From Candidatus Poribacteria bacterium (GTDB lineage Bacteria; Poribacteria; WGA-4E; WGA-3G): a DNA stretch of 64,000 nt. The notes beneath the pieces are model-generated. The model made no database searches, was not told the origin of the DNA, and saw only the letters and a program-made list of their open reading frames with translations. The stretch spans positions 672,001-736,000 of the forward strand of contig CAXXLX010000001.1 in assembly GCA_963665235.2 (NCBI GenBank), in the 5' to 3' direction. Each line of letters begins with the position of its first letter. Within the stretch, counting starts at the first letter, position 1. The position numbers and the translations under genes are program-made. Positions 9,360-21,191 of this stretch are shown one piece after another.

Positions 9360-11825
9360 TTATGTGGATTCGCTTTGTAAGGGCAGCTCTTCGCTCAAAT
9401 CCGAGGACTGATGGTTAAGCACCCCGACATCCACAATAGTTTCGTCCGGTTGTAACGTCATGAGCCGGACCCCCTGCGTAGCTCGCCCAATGACCCGAAC
9501 GTCACTGACCGCCATGCGCGTCACGTATCCTGTTGAACTAATGAGTACGAGTTCGTCATCATCTGACACTAAGTTCGCGGAGACGACAGCACCGTTTCGG
9601 GTTGAACGTTTAATAGCGGTTACCCCAACGCCGCCGCGCTTTTGCGACCGATAGGCGGATAAGCCGGTCCGTTTACCGTAACCGTTCTCTGTAACAACGA
9701 GGAGTGACTGGGTTTCATCAGGTGCACAGACCATTTTAACAACAAAGTCGCCTTCGGCAAGTCGAATGCCCCGGACCCCGCGTGTAGGGCGTCCCATGCT
9801 GCGCACCTCAGCCTCGTTAAACCGGATAGAATTGCCGTTATGACTAACAAGGACAACATCATGATTTCCACTTGTTAGCCGCGCGCCGATGAGTAGGTCG
9901 TCCGTATCCAACTTAACCGCAATAATTCCTGTAGAGAGCGGATTCCGAAATTCCCGCAATGGAGATTTCTTGACAATACCGTGCTTTGTGGTCATCAAAA
10001 CATAGAGGTCCTCCTTAAATTCTCTGACTGGAACGAAGGCAGTAATAGTCTCGGTGTCACTCAAACGTAGCATATTTACCGCTGCGCGACCGATTGCTTG
10101 ACGGGTGCCCTCAGGTATTTCAAAAACCTTCATGACATAACACTTGCCAAGGTTTGTAAAAAAGAGCAGAGATTGATGCGCCGTTGCAATAATCAGATGC
10201 TCCAAGAAATCGCCATCTTTAGTGGGACCGCCTTTGATGCCGACCCCTCCACGATTTTGGCGGCGATACGTGTCCATCGGAATCCGCTTAATGTATCCAG
10301 AATGCGTCAACGTGACAACCATCTCCTCATCGGCGATAAGGTCCTCCATTTCAAAACTTTTGACCTCCGAAACGATGTTAGTGATTCGTTCATCTCCATG
10401 TTCCTCCCTCAATGCGTCTAATTCCTCCCGGATGATGTTGGTGATAAGTTCTTCATCTGATAGGATAGCGCGAAGTTCAGCGATACGTTCAAGGAGGTCG
10501 CCGTATTCATCGTTAACGTTTTGCCGTTCCAATCCTGTCAACTGGCGTAAGGTTAGAGATAACACTTCGCGTGCCTGAATATCAGAGAATTCATACTGCG
10601 CCTGTAGGAATTCTCTGGCAGCCTGTGGGGTTTCAGCTGTCTGCACAACCTCAATGACCTCTTCTATATTTTCTAATGCAATACGGTACCCCTCTAAGAT
10701 GTGTGCGCGGCGTTCACACCGTGCCAACTCAAATTCGGTTCGCCGTCGGACAACATCCCGCCGATGGGATAGATAGTGATGCAAAATTTCAGTGAGGGTT
10801 AATATTTGGGGCAGGCCATCTACAAGACAAAGCAGATTCGCAGCGAAATAATCCTGCATCTTTGTATGTTTATACAGCTGATTTAAGATAACTTGCGGCA
10901 CCTCGCCTCGCTTGAGTTCTATTACGATACGGATTTCCTTATCGGATTCGTCCCGGATATCTGAAATCCCTGTAATCGTTTTCAAGTTCACACAATCGAC
11001 AATCCGCTCAAGTAGGTGATTTTTCTTAATCTGATACGGAATTTCGGTGACAACAATTTGTTCTCGGTCACCCCGAGTTTTGCTGTTCGTTATCGGTTCA
11101 ATTTCTACCCTCGCACGCAGTGTAATACTGCCTTTGCCGGTAGCATACATATCCTTGATACCCTTTTTACCGACGATAATTCCGCCTGTGGGAAAATCAG
11201 GGCCAGGTATAAATTCAAGCAGCTCTTCAACAGATGCATCCGGAAAATCAAGTATATGCAACAGGGCATCCACAACCTCTACGAGGTTATGTGGTGGGAT
11301 GCATGTTGAATAACCGACCCCGATACCGGTAGTGCCGTTGACAAGAAGGTTCGGGAGCAATCCAGGCAGGACGGTGGGCTCCTCCATAGAATCCTTATAG
11401 TTGGGTTGAAAATCAACTGTATCTTTACCAATATCCCGGAGGAGGGTCTCAGCAATCTTTGCAAGCCGACACTCGGTGTAACGCATTGCCCCGGGGGGGT
11501 CATCGTCAATAGACCCAAAATTGCCTTGTCCATCAATTAAGGGGTAGCGCGTGCTGAATTCCTGCACGAGTCGGACAAGCGTCCCGTAAATCGGGCCATC
11601 GCCGTGCGGGTGAAAGTTCTTCATAACCTCACCGACAACCGCAGCACACTTATCGTACGGACGCTCATTCGTCAAATTGAGTGAGCCCATGGCATAGATG
11701 ATTCGGCGTGCACTCGGTTTCAAACCATCCCGTACATCAGGGAGTGCTCTATTGGTATTAACACTCATGGCATAGGTGAGGTATGATGTTTGCAGTTCCG
11801 CTTCTATTGAACGTTTTTGAATCAT
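9360..11825 (-). CDS. gyrA: DNA gyrase subunit A
   Basis: RALPDVRDGLKP, HPHGD, AMRYTE catalytic Tyr, GyrA-box QNRGGVG, C-terminal pinwheel repeats. Confidence 0.97.
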   Translation of the reverse strand: MIQKRSIEAELQTSYLTYAMSVNTNRALPDVRDGLKPSARRIIYAMGSLNLTNERPYDKCAAVVGEVMKNFHPHGDGPIYGTLVRLVQEFSTRYPLIDGQGNFGSIDDDPPGAMRYTECRLAKIAETLLRDIGKDTVDFQPNYKDSMEEPTVLPGLLPNLLVNGTTGIGVGYSTCIPPHNLVEVVDALLHILDFPDASVEELLEFIPGPDFPTGGIIVGKKGIKDMYATGKGSITLRARVEIEPITNSKTRGDREQIVVTEIPYQIKKNHLLERIVDCVNLKTITGISDIRDESDKEIRIVIELKRGEVPQVILNQLYKHTKMQDYFAANLLCLVDGLPQILTLTEILHHYLSHRRDVVRRRTEFELARCERRAHILEGYRIALENIEEVIEVVQTAETPQAAREFLQAQYEFSDIQAREVLSLTLRQLTGLERQNVNDEYGDLLERIAELRAILSDEELITNIIREELDALREEHGDERITNIVSEVKSFEMEDLIADEEMVVTLTHSGYIKRIPMDTYRRQNRGGVGIKGGPTKDGDFLEHLIIATAHQSLLFFTNLGKCYVMKVFEIPEGTRQAIGRAAVNMLRLSDTETITAFVPVREFKEDLYVLMTTKHGIVKKSPLREFRNPLSTGIIAVKLDTDDLLIGARLTSGNHDVVLVSHNGNSIRFNEAEVRSMGRPTRGVRGIRLAEGDFVVKMVCAPDETQSLLVVTENGYGKRTGLSAYRSQKRGGVGVTAIKRSTRNGAVVSANLVSDDDELVLISSTGYVTRMAVSDVRVIGRATQGVRLMTLQPDETIVDVGVLNHQSSDLSEELPLQSEST

Positions 11826-11843
11826 GGGGTCTCCGTTTCCTTT

Positions 11844-11958
11844 TGGCTGTTAGCAATTAGCAGCAATTAGCAAGATGTTGTGATTATCAGCAGGTTTCTG
11901 ACGCGCATCACATCCCTCTTGCTCTTGCCAATCGCCATTAGCCATTAGCCAACAGCCA
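11844..11958. repeat. heptamer-repeat hairpin element between gyrB and gyrA
   Basis: tggctgtt...aacagcca ends; ttagcaa/attagcc 7-mer repeats on the two arms. Confidence 0.5.
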
Positions 11959-11966
11959 TTCTAACC

Positions 11967-14621
<2,655 letters not shown>

Positions 14622-14646
14622 CTAATTCAAATCTGAAAACCAATTA

Positions 14647-15177
14647 TCAATTACGTTTTGCAAGGCACTTTGTCTCAAAAAGTGACTGAAGCGCGGCCCG
14701 GAGTTCCACATCACGGACCTCAGCCACCGCTGCTTCAATCTTCTGGATATCGTCCGGGCTCAGCGATGTGACCTCGGAATCAGACTGTGTTTCTGATGCG
14801 TCCGATAGTCTTTGTTCAACATGCTTTTTGTTAGTTTTCATGCAGTTCGGATTGTAGTGAAATCGGATGTCAACGACAACGTTCTCACGTTCGAGCAGTT
14901 CAGATAGTTTTTGCAAAAGCATCGGTTTCATCATAGATAACTCGTTGCTATAAACAGCATGTGCGACTTCAACCCGCAATACCCCGGTCGATGATAAAGA
15001 CACCGGAACGGTTTGCTTAGCAATAGCATCGCCGACGACAGTTGGCCAATGTCCGAAAACGCGCCATTCTTCATACTTGTAGCTTTGTCCTTGCTCGCGC
15101 AGGGTACTTTTAATTATAGCTTCTACTTCCTGCAAACCTTCTTGGTTTACGTGATGTCGTTTCTTTCTAAATCTCAT
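14647..15177 (-). CDS. dciA: DciA/DUF721 helicase loader
   Basis: WPTVVGDAIAKQTVPVSL..GVLRVEV..ELSM pattern; position between recF and gyrB. Confidence 0.8.
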   Translation of the reverse strand: MRFRKKRHHVNQEGLQEVEAIIKSTLREQGQSYKYEEWRVFGHWPTVVGDAIAKQTVPVSLSSTGVLRVEVAHAVYSNELSMMKPMLLQKLSELLERENVVVDIRFHYNPNCMKTNKKHVEQRLSDASETQSDSEVTSLSPDDIQKIEAAVAEVRDVELRAALQSLFETKCLAKRN

Positions 15178-15190
15178 AATATTTCCACCC

Positions 15191-16420
15191 CTATGAACGG
15201 TCCCGCGCGGTTTCCTCAATGATAACCCCCTCCTCCACTCTTAACAGATGGACCCCCGAAAGTTGGCCAGCTATGGCATCGCTATCCGTTGCGGTTATCA
15301 CCGTTTGGGCAGCGACGTTCTCAAGATATGTGAGGAGGTAGGCTCGCCTTTTGACATCAAGTTCAGACAGGACATCATCCAACAAAAACAGGGGTGCGGT
15401 GCCTGTTTTCTCCCGAATGAATTCCAATTCCGCCAGTTTCAAAGCGAGAGCTATTGTTCGGTGTTGTCCTTGAGAGGCATAGATACGCGCTGTTTCACGC
15501 AGCGGTCCTTGGTTCCCATGGTACGTCTCCAAAGCGAGGGTAACATCGTCGCGATGGGGCCCTACCAACGTGATTCCTCTACGAATTTCAGCACTGCGTT
15601 CAGTTAGCAAGGCTTTTCGAAATCGTTTTTCAAGTATCTCAATGGATTCATGCATCGGTTGTGCTTCACCTACCAACGTGTTATCAGAAAAACTTTGGTT
15701 TTTATCATTTTTCTGATGCGCCAAAACGTTTGGAATATAACACAATACAAGCCGTTCAATCCCGCCGGTTAGGGCAAGATGGGTCGCTTCAGCGACAACG
15801 CTTAAACGCGCCAAGGCTACATACCGTGCAGCAGCAAGTGCACTTCCATATTTAACGAGCAGTCCATCCCACACGGTGAGTTCCTCAACCTTTGCCTCTC
15901 CCAAAGCCAACCGCTTGAGCAACGCATTCCGATGCTGCAAGACATGTCTATAACGTTGAAGTTCCACTATATACTGCCGATTCAGTTGTGATAAAAGCAA
16001 ATCCAACCAACGTCTTCGGGCTGACGGGGCCCCTTTTACTAATTCCAAAGATTCTGGTGAAAACACAACAACGTTGAACTGACCTATCCAGTCGGAGCGT
16101 CGCTGTTGGAGCACGCCATCGGTTTTCAGTCGAAATGCGCCTTGACGGGGCTTGACAGCATCCAGTCGGCGAATCGTTTCTTGGATGCCATCGCAACGCA
16201 AATACCCAGTAACAGCGAACCCTTCCGCAGTATGCCGTATTAATTCTACAGCAGATGTCCCACGATGGGATTCTCCAGTGCAGAGAAAATAGAGAGCCTC
16301 AAGCAGGCTAGTTTTCCCCATCGCATTCCTACCAACCACTAATGTGACCGGGGCAGGAAAACTGACATCACATTCCGTATAGTTCCGAAAATTCCGAAGA
16401 CAGACGCGCATTAGATGCAT
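15191..16420 (-). CDS. recF: DNA replication/repair protein RecF
   Basis: GRNAMGKTSLLEA Walker A, GPHRDD, SQGQHR, LLDDVLSELD. Confidence 0.95.
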   Translation of the reverse strand: MHLMRVCLRNFRNYTECDVSFPAPVTLVVGRNAMGKTSLLEALYFLCTGESHRGTSAVELIRHTAEGFAVTGYLRCDGIQETIRRLDAVKPRQGAFRLKTDGVLQQRRSDWIGQFNVVVFSPESLELVKGAPSARRRWLDLLLSQLNRQYIVELQRYRHVLQHRNALLKRLALGEAKVEELTVWDGLLVKYGSALAAARYVALARLSVVAEATHLALTGGIERLVLCYIPNVLAHQKNDKNQSFSDNTLVGEAQPMHESIEILEKRFRKALLTERSAEIRRGITLVGPHRDDVTLALETYHGNQGPLRETARIYASQGQHRTIALALKLAELEFIREKTGTAPLFLLDDVLSELDVKRRAYLLTYLENVAAQTVITATDSDAIAGQLSGVHLLRVEEGVIIEETARDRS

Positions 16421-16542
16421 CTCTAAACCTGTCCCTTCGCACAAGAAAAAACATATCAGGTTTTATACAAATAGTATAACACAAAAGTTAAATCTTATGC
16501 AAGAAAATATATATTTCGTTGTTCTGCTCCGCCGGGCTCGTA

Positions 16543-17700
16543 TTAAGGGTCAACCTGCTTGTAGAACAGTTTTTCGCCGTTTTTAATAGTGAAAATGACA
16601 GCACTTTTGATGGGGTGTCTGTTTGCGTCATAAGCCATAACCCGAGTTGCCCCAATGTAGTTTTCCGTGGCAGCAAGTTGCTGTCGTATTTCATCAGAGT
16701 CAAGACTACCTGCCCGCGCAATTGCTTCAAGAAGCAATTTGACTGCATCGTAACTGACAGCGACACCCCCAGAAGGTGTAGCTTCATAGGTAGCTTCGTA
16801 AGTGTCAACGAATGCGCGCGCTGTCGGTGCATCTGTATCTGGTGAAAAATGTCCGCTGAAGAAACTGCCTTCTATTTCGGCATCTTCGTTATAGAGCAAG
16901 AGTTGACTGTCCCATGAATCTGCCCCTAGAAAAATCGTAGGGTCCCCATTTGCATTTTGCAACGGAATAGCTCTTGCTTGCTGCGTTATGAATGCCAATT
17001 CTTGCACAAAGCCAGCGATAAAAAGCGCATCAGGTTTCGCAGCTGCTATGGCAGATAATTGTGCTGTGAAATCTGAAGTACCCACCTCATAGAATTCGTT
17101 GGAAACAATGTCTCCACCGAGTTCCCTAAAATTGGATATAAAAATTTCAGAAATACCTTCGGTATAGAGCGCACCGCTTTGCGTAAGAACAGCGGCGGTA
17201 GTTATACCAAGGTCTACTTTTGTAAACTTTGCCATGACTGCCCCTTGGAAATTATCCGTGAAAGATGCCATGAAGACGAAATCACCGGCACTTGTTACGT
17301 TTGGATTGGTTGCGGTTGTTGTAATCATCGGTATTCTATGCCTCTGTGCAACCGCTCCCACCCCAACGGCATGGGAAGACCTATTGGGTCCAATGAGTGC
17401 TATAATTTTGTCATCGACGATGAGTGTTTCGGCAAGTTGGGCAGAGACCTCGGGCACCGCCTCTTTGTTAATGTGCCCAATCAGTTCGACTGGCATTCCA
17501 AGGAGCCCACCGTTTTTGTTAATTTCCGTTACAGCCAGTTCAGCCCCGTATGGATAGGTGATATTTGCTCCGGCAACGACGAAACCGAGCTTAAGGGTTT
17601 CTGGTTCTTGGGTGTCGGTAATAATCCTTTCAACGTTGGTACACCCGAAAATTGTCGTTATGAACATGAGCAGACTTAATGTTGCCAATAATTTGGACAT
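16543..17700 (-). CDS. ABC transporter substrate-binding lipoprotein, LivJ/LivK (branched-chain amino acid) type
   Basis: Likely start ATG 17700 (MSKLL..IFGC lipobox); EINKNGGLLG, DFTAQLSAI, YDAVKLL motifs. Confidence 0.85.
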   Translation of the reverse strand: MSKLLATLSLLMFITTIFGCTNVERIITDTQEPETLKLGFVVAGANITYPYGAELAVTEINKNGGLLGMPVELIGHINKEAVPEVSAQLAETLIVDDKIIALIGPNRSSHAVGVGAVAQRHRIPMITTTATNPNVTSAGDFVFMASFTDNFQGAVMAKFTKVDLGITTAAVLTQSGALYTEGISEIFISNFRELGGDIVSNEFYEVGTSDFTAQLSAIAAAKPDALFIAGFVQELAFITQQARAIPLQNANGDPTIFLGADSWDSQLLLYNEDAEIEGSFFSGHFSPDTDAPTARAFVDTYEATYEATPSGGVAVSYDAVKLLLEAIARAGSLDSDEIRQQLAATENYIGATRVMAYDANRHPIKSAVIFTIKNGEKLFYKQVDP

Positions 17701-17776
17701 AAGAAAAAAATCCTTTCTGTGTATTTTTCTTCTCTTAAATTTTGAATTATCCGCATCCCCTAGTACTGTTACTAGA

Positions 17777-18020
17777 ATACTATATATATATAAATTGTAC
17801 CTAGTAGTAGTAGTAGGGGCTGTCGATATGTGCATAACTCACCTAAACCCTTATGTACATTGAATTTATCCCTGTTGATAACATGTCGATAACTTTCCGA
17901 GTTATCGACATGTTATCAACAACGACAATAAAAATGTAAGTTATGCACAAGTTATGCACAAGTTATGCACAATGAATTAGTGAGTTATCAACAGGAATTG
18001 TGGATAACATGTGCATAACT
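17777..18020. other. oriC: DnaA-box cluster, DnaA-trios and AT-rich unwinding element
   Basis: Perfect TGTGGATAA at 17999; about 10 near-consensus boxes (TTATGCACA x3, TTATCAACA, TTATCGACA); (TAG)5 at 17802-17816; TATATA tract 17777-17797; directly downstream of dnaA. Confidence 0.9.
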
Positions 18021-18094
18021 TTTTAGCGAAAATTTCTGGTTACGATAAGTTTTAGTTGCTATAAGTTAATATATGCCTTCCCGTTTTTCCGAAT

Positions 18095-19444
18095 CTATTT
18101 CAGATTTTCAATCAAATTTCTGATGATCTCCTTTGTTGCTTCATCGTCTTCAATCAGTTTTTCAACTTGTGCATGTGCATACATAATAGTGGTATGGTTT
18201 TGTCGTTGAAAAGCTTCTGCGATGTCAATGAAAGAGAGCTGTGTCATTTCTCGGCAAAGGTACATTGCGATTTGCCGTGGAAGGACAACGGCTTTTGTCC
18301 GTTTCGCCGAGGTCAAATCTTCTATATCCAAATTGAAGTAGTCCGCCACGATTTTTTTTATCGCTGCTGCAGTTGTAATCGTTCTGTGTGGCGGCCTAAT
18401 TGATTGGGACACGTCGTTTAGGACTCTGCGTGCAAAATCAATATCCAAAGGTTCACCGAGTATTGAGGCTGTTCCGATAAGTCTTACCAAAAGGCCTTCC
18501 AATTCACGTATGTTTGTTTGCACCATTTCAGCGATATAGGCAAGGACTTCATCCGGAATTTCTTCCTGCCCGTGGTCTTGGCATTTTTGGTGTAAAATTG
18601 CAAGCCGTGTTTCATATTGGGGTTTTGCGATTTCTGCTACCATTCCCCATTCGAGCCGGGAGAGCAACCGTTCTTCCAAATTCTGAAGCGTATAAGGTGC
18701 GCGGTCGCTGCTCATCACGATTTGGTTCGATCTGAGGTATAGGGTATTGAAGGTGTTAAAGAATTCCTCTTGTGTACCCTCTTTTCGTTGTAAGAATTGG
18801 ATGTCGTCAATCAATAGCAGGTCTATTTCTCGATATTTCGTGCGAAATCCTGGGGCAGTGTCTTTGCCAAATCCAACGATAGATTCTATATAATCGTTCA
18901 TAAACGTTTCGGATGTAACGTAAAGCACTTTTCGCTCGGGTTTGATACTCCGAGCGCGATTACCTATAGCGTGGAGCAGATGTGTTTTCCCTAGACCTAC
19001 CCCCCCATAGATAAACAGTGGATTATATTCACCCCCCGGGTTCTCCGAAACGGAGAGGGCAGTTGCATGACAAATCATGTTGCTGCGGCCCACAACGAAC
19101 CGGTCGAATATGTAGCTCGGGTTCAAACCGGTTGTTTCAGAGATTCCTTGTTGGTCAGGGGACGTTTGCGCTGTTTGTTCAACCTCACTCTCTTTGGCGA
19201 GCTCTGGTGCTACCGTAATCTTCAAAGTGCAATGTGGACCGATAAGATGTGAGAGTGCTTGCTGAATCTCCTTCTGAAACCGTTGCGCAATTTCTATTTG
19301 TGTGTAGCTGGAAGGTACAGCGATGTGCAAAACCTCATCGGTAAGCGAACATGGAATGGCTTGACGCAAAAAGATATCGTCGCGAGCGTCTGAGTCAAGT
19401 TCCGATAATATTTCTAACCAGAGCGCATCAGGGGTTTGCTGCAT
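18095..19444 (-). CDS. dnaA: chromosomal replication initiator DnaA
   Basis: NPLFIYGGVGLGKTHL, LLIDDIQF, RELEG, PRQIAMYL. Confidence 0.98.
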   Translation of the reverse strand: MQQTPDALWLEILSELDSDARDDIFLRQAIPCSLTDEVLHIAVPSSYTQIEIAQRFQKEIQQALSHLIGPHCTLKITVAPELAKESEVEQTAQTSPDQQGISETTGLNPSYIFDRFVVGRSNMICHATALSVSENPGGEYNPLFIYGGVGLGKTHLLHAIGNRARSIKPERKVLYVTSETFMNDYIESIVGFGKDTAPGFRTKYREIDLLLIDDIQFLQRKEGTQEEFFNTFNTLYLRSNQIVMSSDRAPYTLQNLEERLLSRLEWGMVAEIAKPQYETRLAILHQKCQDHGQEEIPDEVLAYIAEMVQTNIRELEGLLVRLIGTASILGEPLDIDFARRVLNDVSQSIRPPHRTITTAAAIKKIVADYFNLDIEDLTSAKRTKAVVLPRQIAMYLCREMTQLSFIDIAEAFQRQNHTTIMYAHAQVEKLIEDDEATKEIIRNLIENLK

Positions 19445-19644
19445 GTGAATCTTCCTAACCGGACACGGACTACAAGATTCCTAAAAATTCAGGGAAATGT
19501 GTTCCTGTTGTTTGTCCGGAGTCTTCGTGTTCAACCTTAATCAAAATTCCAACTATTTTTTTTATAATGCAAATTTAAGTATACCATTTTTTCATTTTTA
19601 TAGCAACTTAAATTTTTAAATTTCAGGAATTGTTTACAGCACCC

Positions 19645-19673
19645 ATTTTGCACAAAAACCGGAATTTTGTCAA
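19645..19673 (-). promoter_or_regulatory. sigma-70 promoter for dnaA
   Basis: TTGACA-17-CAAAAT with TG extension on minus strand. Confidence 0.5.
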
Positions 19674-19802
19674 GAACCGGACGCTGTGTGTGCTCCGGTA
19701 AGGCGGGGGTAACGCATGCCCGGACAGCCTGCTGTATCAACGAACGGATGATTCGCTACGATTTTGTGGGGATTTTCTATAAGTCCGCATTGTTTTCCTG
19801 TT

Positions 19803-19883
19803 GCATTGCTCCCAATACCATTTGGTTTCTTTCGGTAGAGACCGCCTCAAGGGAGGCGGATGGTATTCTCTACCGAACAATGC
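19803..19883 (-). ncRNA. candidate structured RNA / dnaA distal leader
   Basis: Stems gcattg/caatgc, ttcggtagaga/tctctaccgaa, ccgcctc/gaggcgg plus aataccat/atggtatt; begins just after a TTGACT-17-TATCAT promoter (19891-19919). Confidence 0.45.
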
Positions 19884-19956
19884 TATAAACATGATACAAT
19901 AAAAACCGGCAAAAGTCAAATTTTTTTTTATCCCTATCAGATAAATGTAGAAAAAT

Positions 19957-19985
19957 TTGACAAAAGCAAAAAAATAGGGTATCCT
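19957..19985 (+). promoter_or_regulatory. sigma-70 promoter for rpmH
   Basis: TTGACA-17-TATCCT. Confidence 0.6.
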
Positions 19986-20024
19986 TTTTAAGGAATTTGT
20001 AATTTCATGTAGAAAGGAAAAGTT

Positions 20025-20159
20025 ATGAAACGGACATATCAACCGCATAGACGGAAACGAAAAAACAAATTGGGCTTCCGTAAACGGATGTCCACCCGGC
20101 ACGGCAGAAAAACTATCTCGCGCAGACGGGCAAAAGGACGAAAAGTCTTGAGTGCTTAA
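20025..20159 (+). CDS. rpmH: 50S ribosomal protein L34 (absent from the ORF track)
   Basis: Hand translation [44 protein letters not shown]; AAGGA RBS; divergent from dnaA. Confidence 0.97.
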   Translation: MKRTYQPHRRKRKNKLGFRKRMSTRHGRKTISRRRAKGRKVLSA

Positions 20160-20162
20160 CAC

Positions 20163-21185
20163 ATGAATTTGCCTGTTGGAAAACTGAAACACGACTTTTT
20201 GGAGCAGCTCCTCCCAAACTGTGAGAAAACGGATAGTGTTGTTGTCGGCCCACAAATTGGTGAGGATGCTGCTGTCCTCGCGGTAGGCGATACTTATCTC
20301 GTGGCAACATCCGATCCGATTACCTTTGCGACTGACGAAATCGGATGGTATGTCGTCTGTGTCAATAGCAACGATATTGCAGCGATGGGAGCAATACCTA
20401 AATGGTTGATTGTAACCCTACTTTTACCCGAAGACACAACGACAGCTGCAACAGTTCAAGACATTATGACGCAACTCACACAGGCATGTGAAAGGTTTGA
20501 CATCGCACTTTGTGGCGGACATACTGAAGTTACGCCAGCTGTCACACAACCCGTTGTTGTTGGACAAATGATGGGCGTTGTTGGTAAAAATGCCTTAATC
20601 ACTTCAGCCGGAGCTTGTGCAGGAGACGCGTTAATCCTTACAAAAGGCATCGGTATTGAGGCGACTGCAATTATCGCTCGCGAATGCACAGCACGGCTAA
20701 TAGGAAAATGTGATGCCCTCTTTTTGGAGCAGGCGAAAAATTATCTCACCTCTCCAGGAATCTCTGTGATGGCAGATGCACAAATTGCTGTTGCCACAGG
20801 CGGCGTACACGCTATGCACGATGTCACTGAGGGCGGCGTTGCAACCGCAATACATGAGTTGGCAACCGCAGCCGATGTCGGAGCAGCTATCTATTCAGAT
20901 AAACTCCTTGATTCACCGCTATTGTATAGTGATGTCACCCGGACATTATGTGACATTTTGGAGCTCAATCCGCTGGGGGTCATTTCATCGGGCACCCTAT
21001 TGATTGCTTCAGCCCCTGAAAAAGCGAAAACGATTTGCGATGCACTTCACACTGCCGACATCAGGGCTGATATCATCGGAACTTTCTTGCCGCCTGAGCA
21101 CGGAATACATCTTGTGGATGCCATCGGCACAAAACGACCTCTTCCTATTTTTGAGACAGACGAAATCGCTAAACTCTTCATTTGA
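20163..21185 (+). CDS. AIR synthase-related / HypE-like protein
   Basis: GEDAAV, SDPIT, NSNDIAAMGA, GGHTEVT, AMHDVTEGG. Confidence 0.88.
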   Translation: MNLPVGKLKHDFLEQLLPNCEKTDSVVVGPQIGEDAAVLAVGDTYLVATSDPITFATDEIGWYVVCVNSNDIAAMGAIPKWLIVTLLLPEDTTTAATVQDIMTQLTQACERFDIALCGGHTEVTPAVTQPVVVGQMMGVVGKNALITSAGACAGDALILTKGIGIEATAIIARECTARLIGKCDALFLEQAKNYLTSPGISVMADAQIAVATGGVHAMHDVTEGGVATAIHELATAADVGAAIYSDKLLDSPLLYSDVTRTLCDILELNPLGVISSGTLLIASAPEKAKTICDALHTADIRADIIGTFLPPEHGIHLVDAIGTKRPLPIFETDEIAKLFI

Positions 21186-21191
21186 CATGTA

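Noticed and set aside
17701-17835. N-terminal extension of the binding-protein ORF
   Set aside because: Runs through the oriC trios and AT tract; the lipoprotein signal begins at 17700
19537-20310. Minus-strand ORFs 19537..19740, 19737..20255 and 20113..20310
   Set aside because: Antisense to rpmH or overlapping promoters; no recognisable motifs
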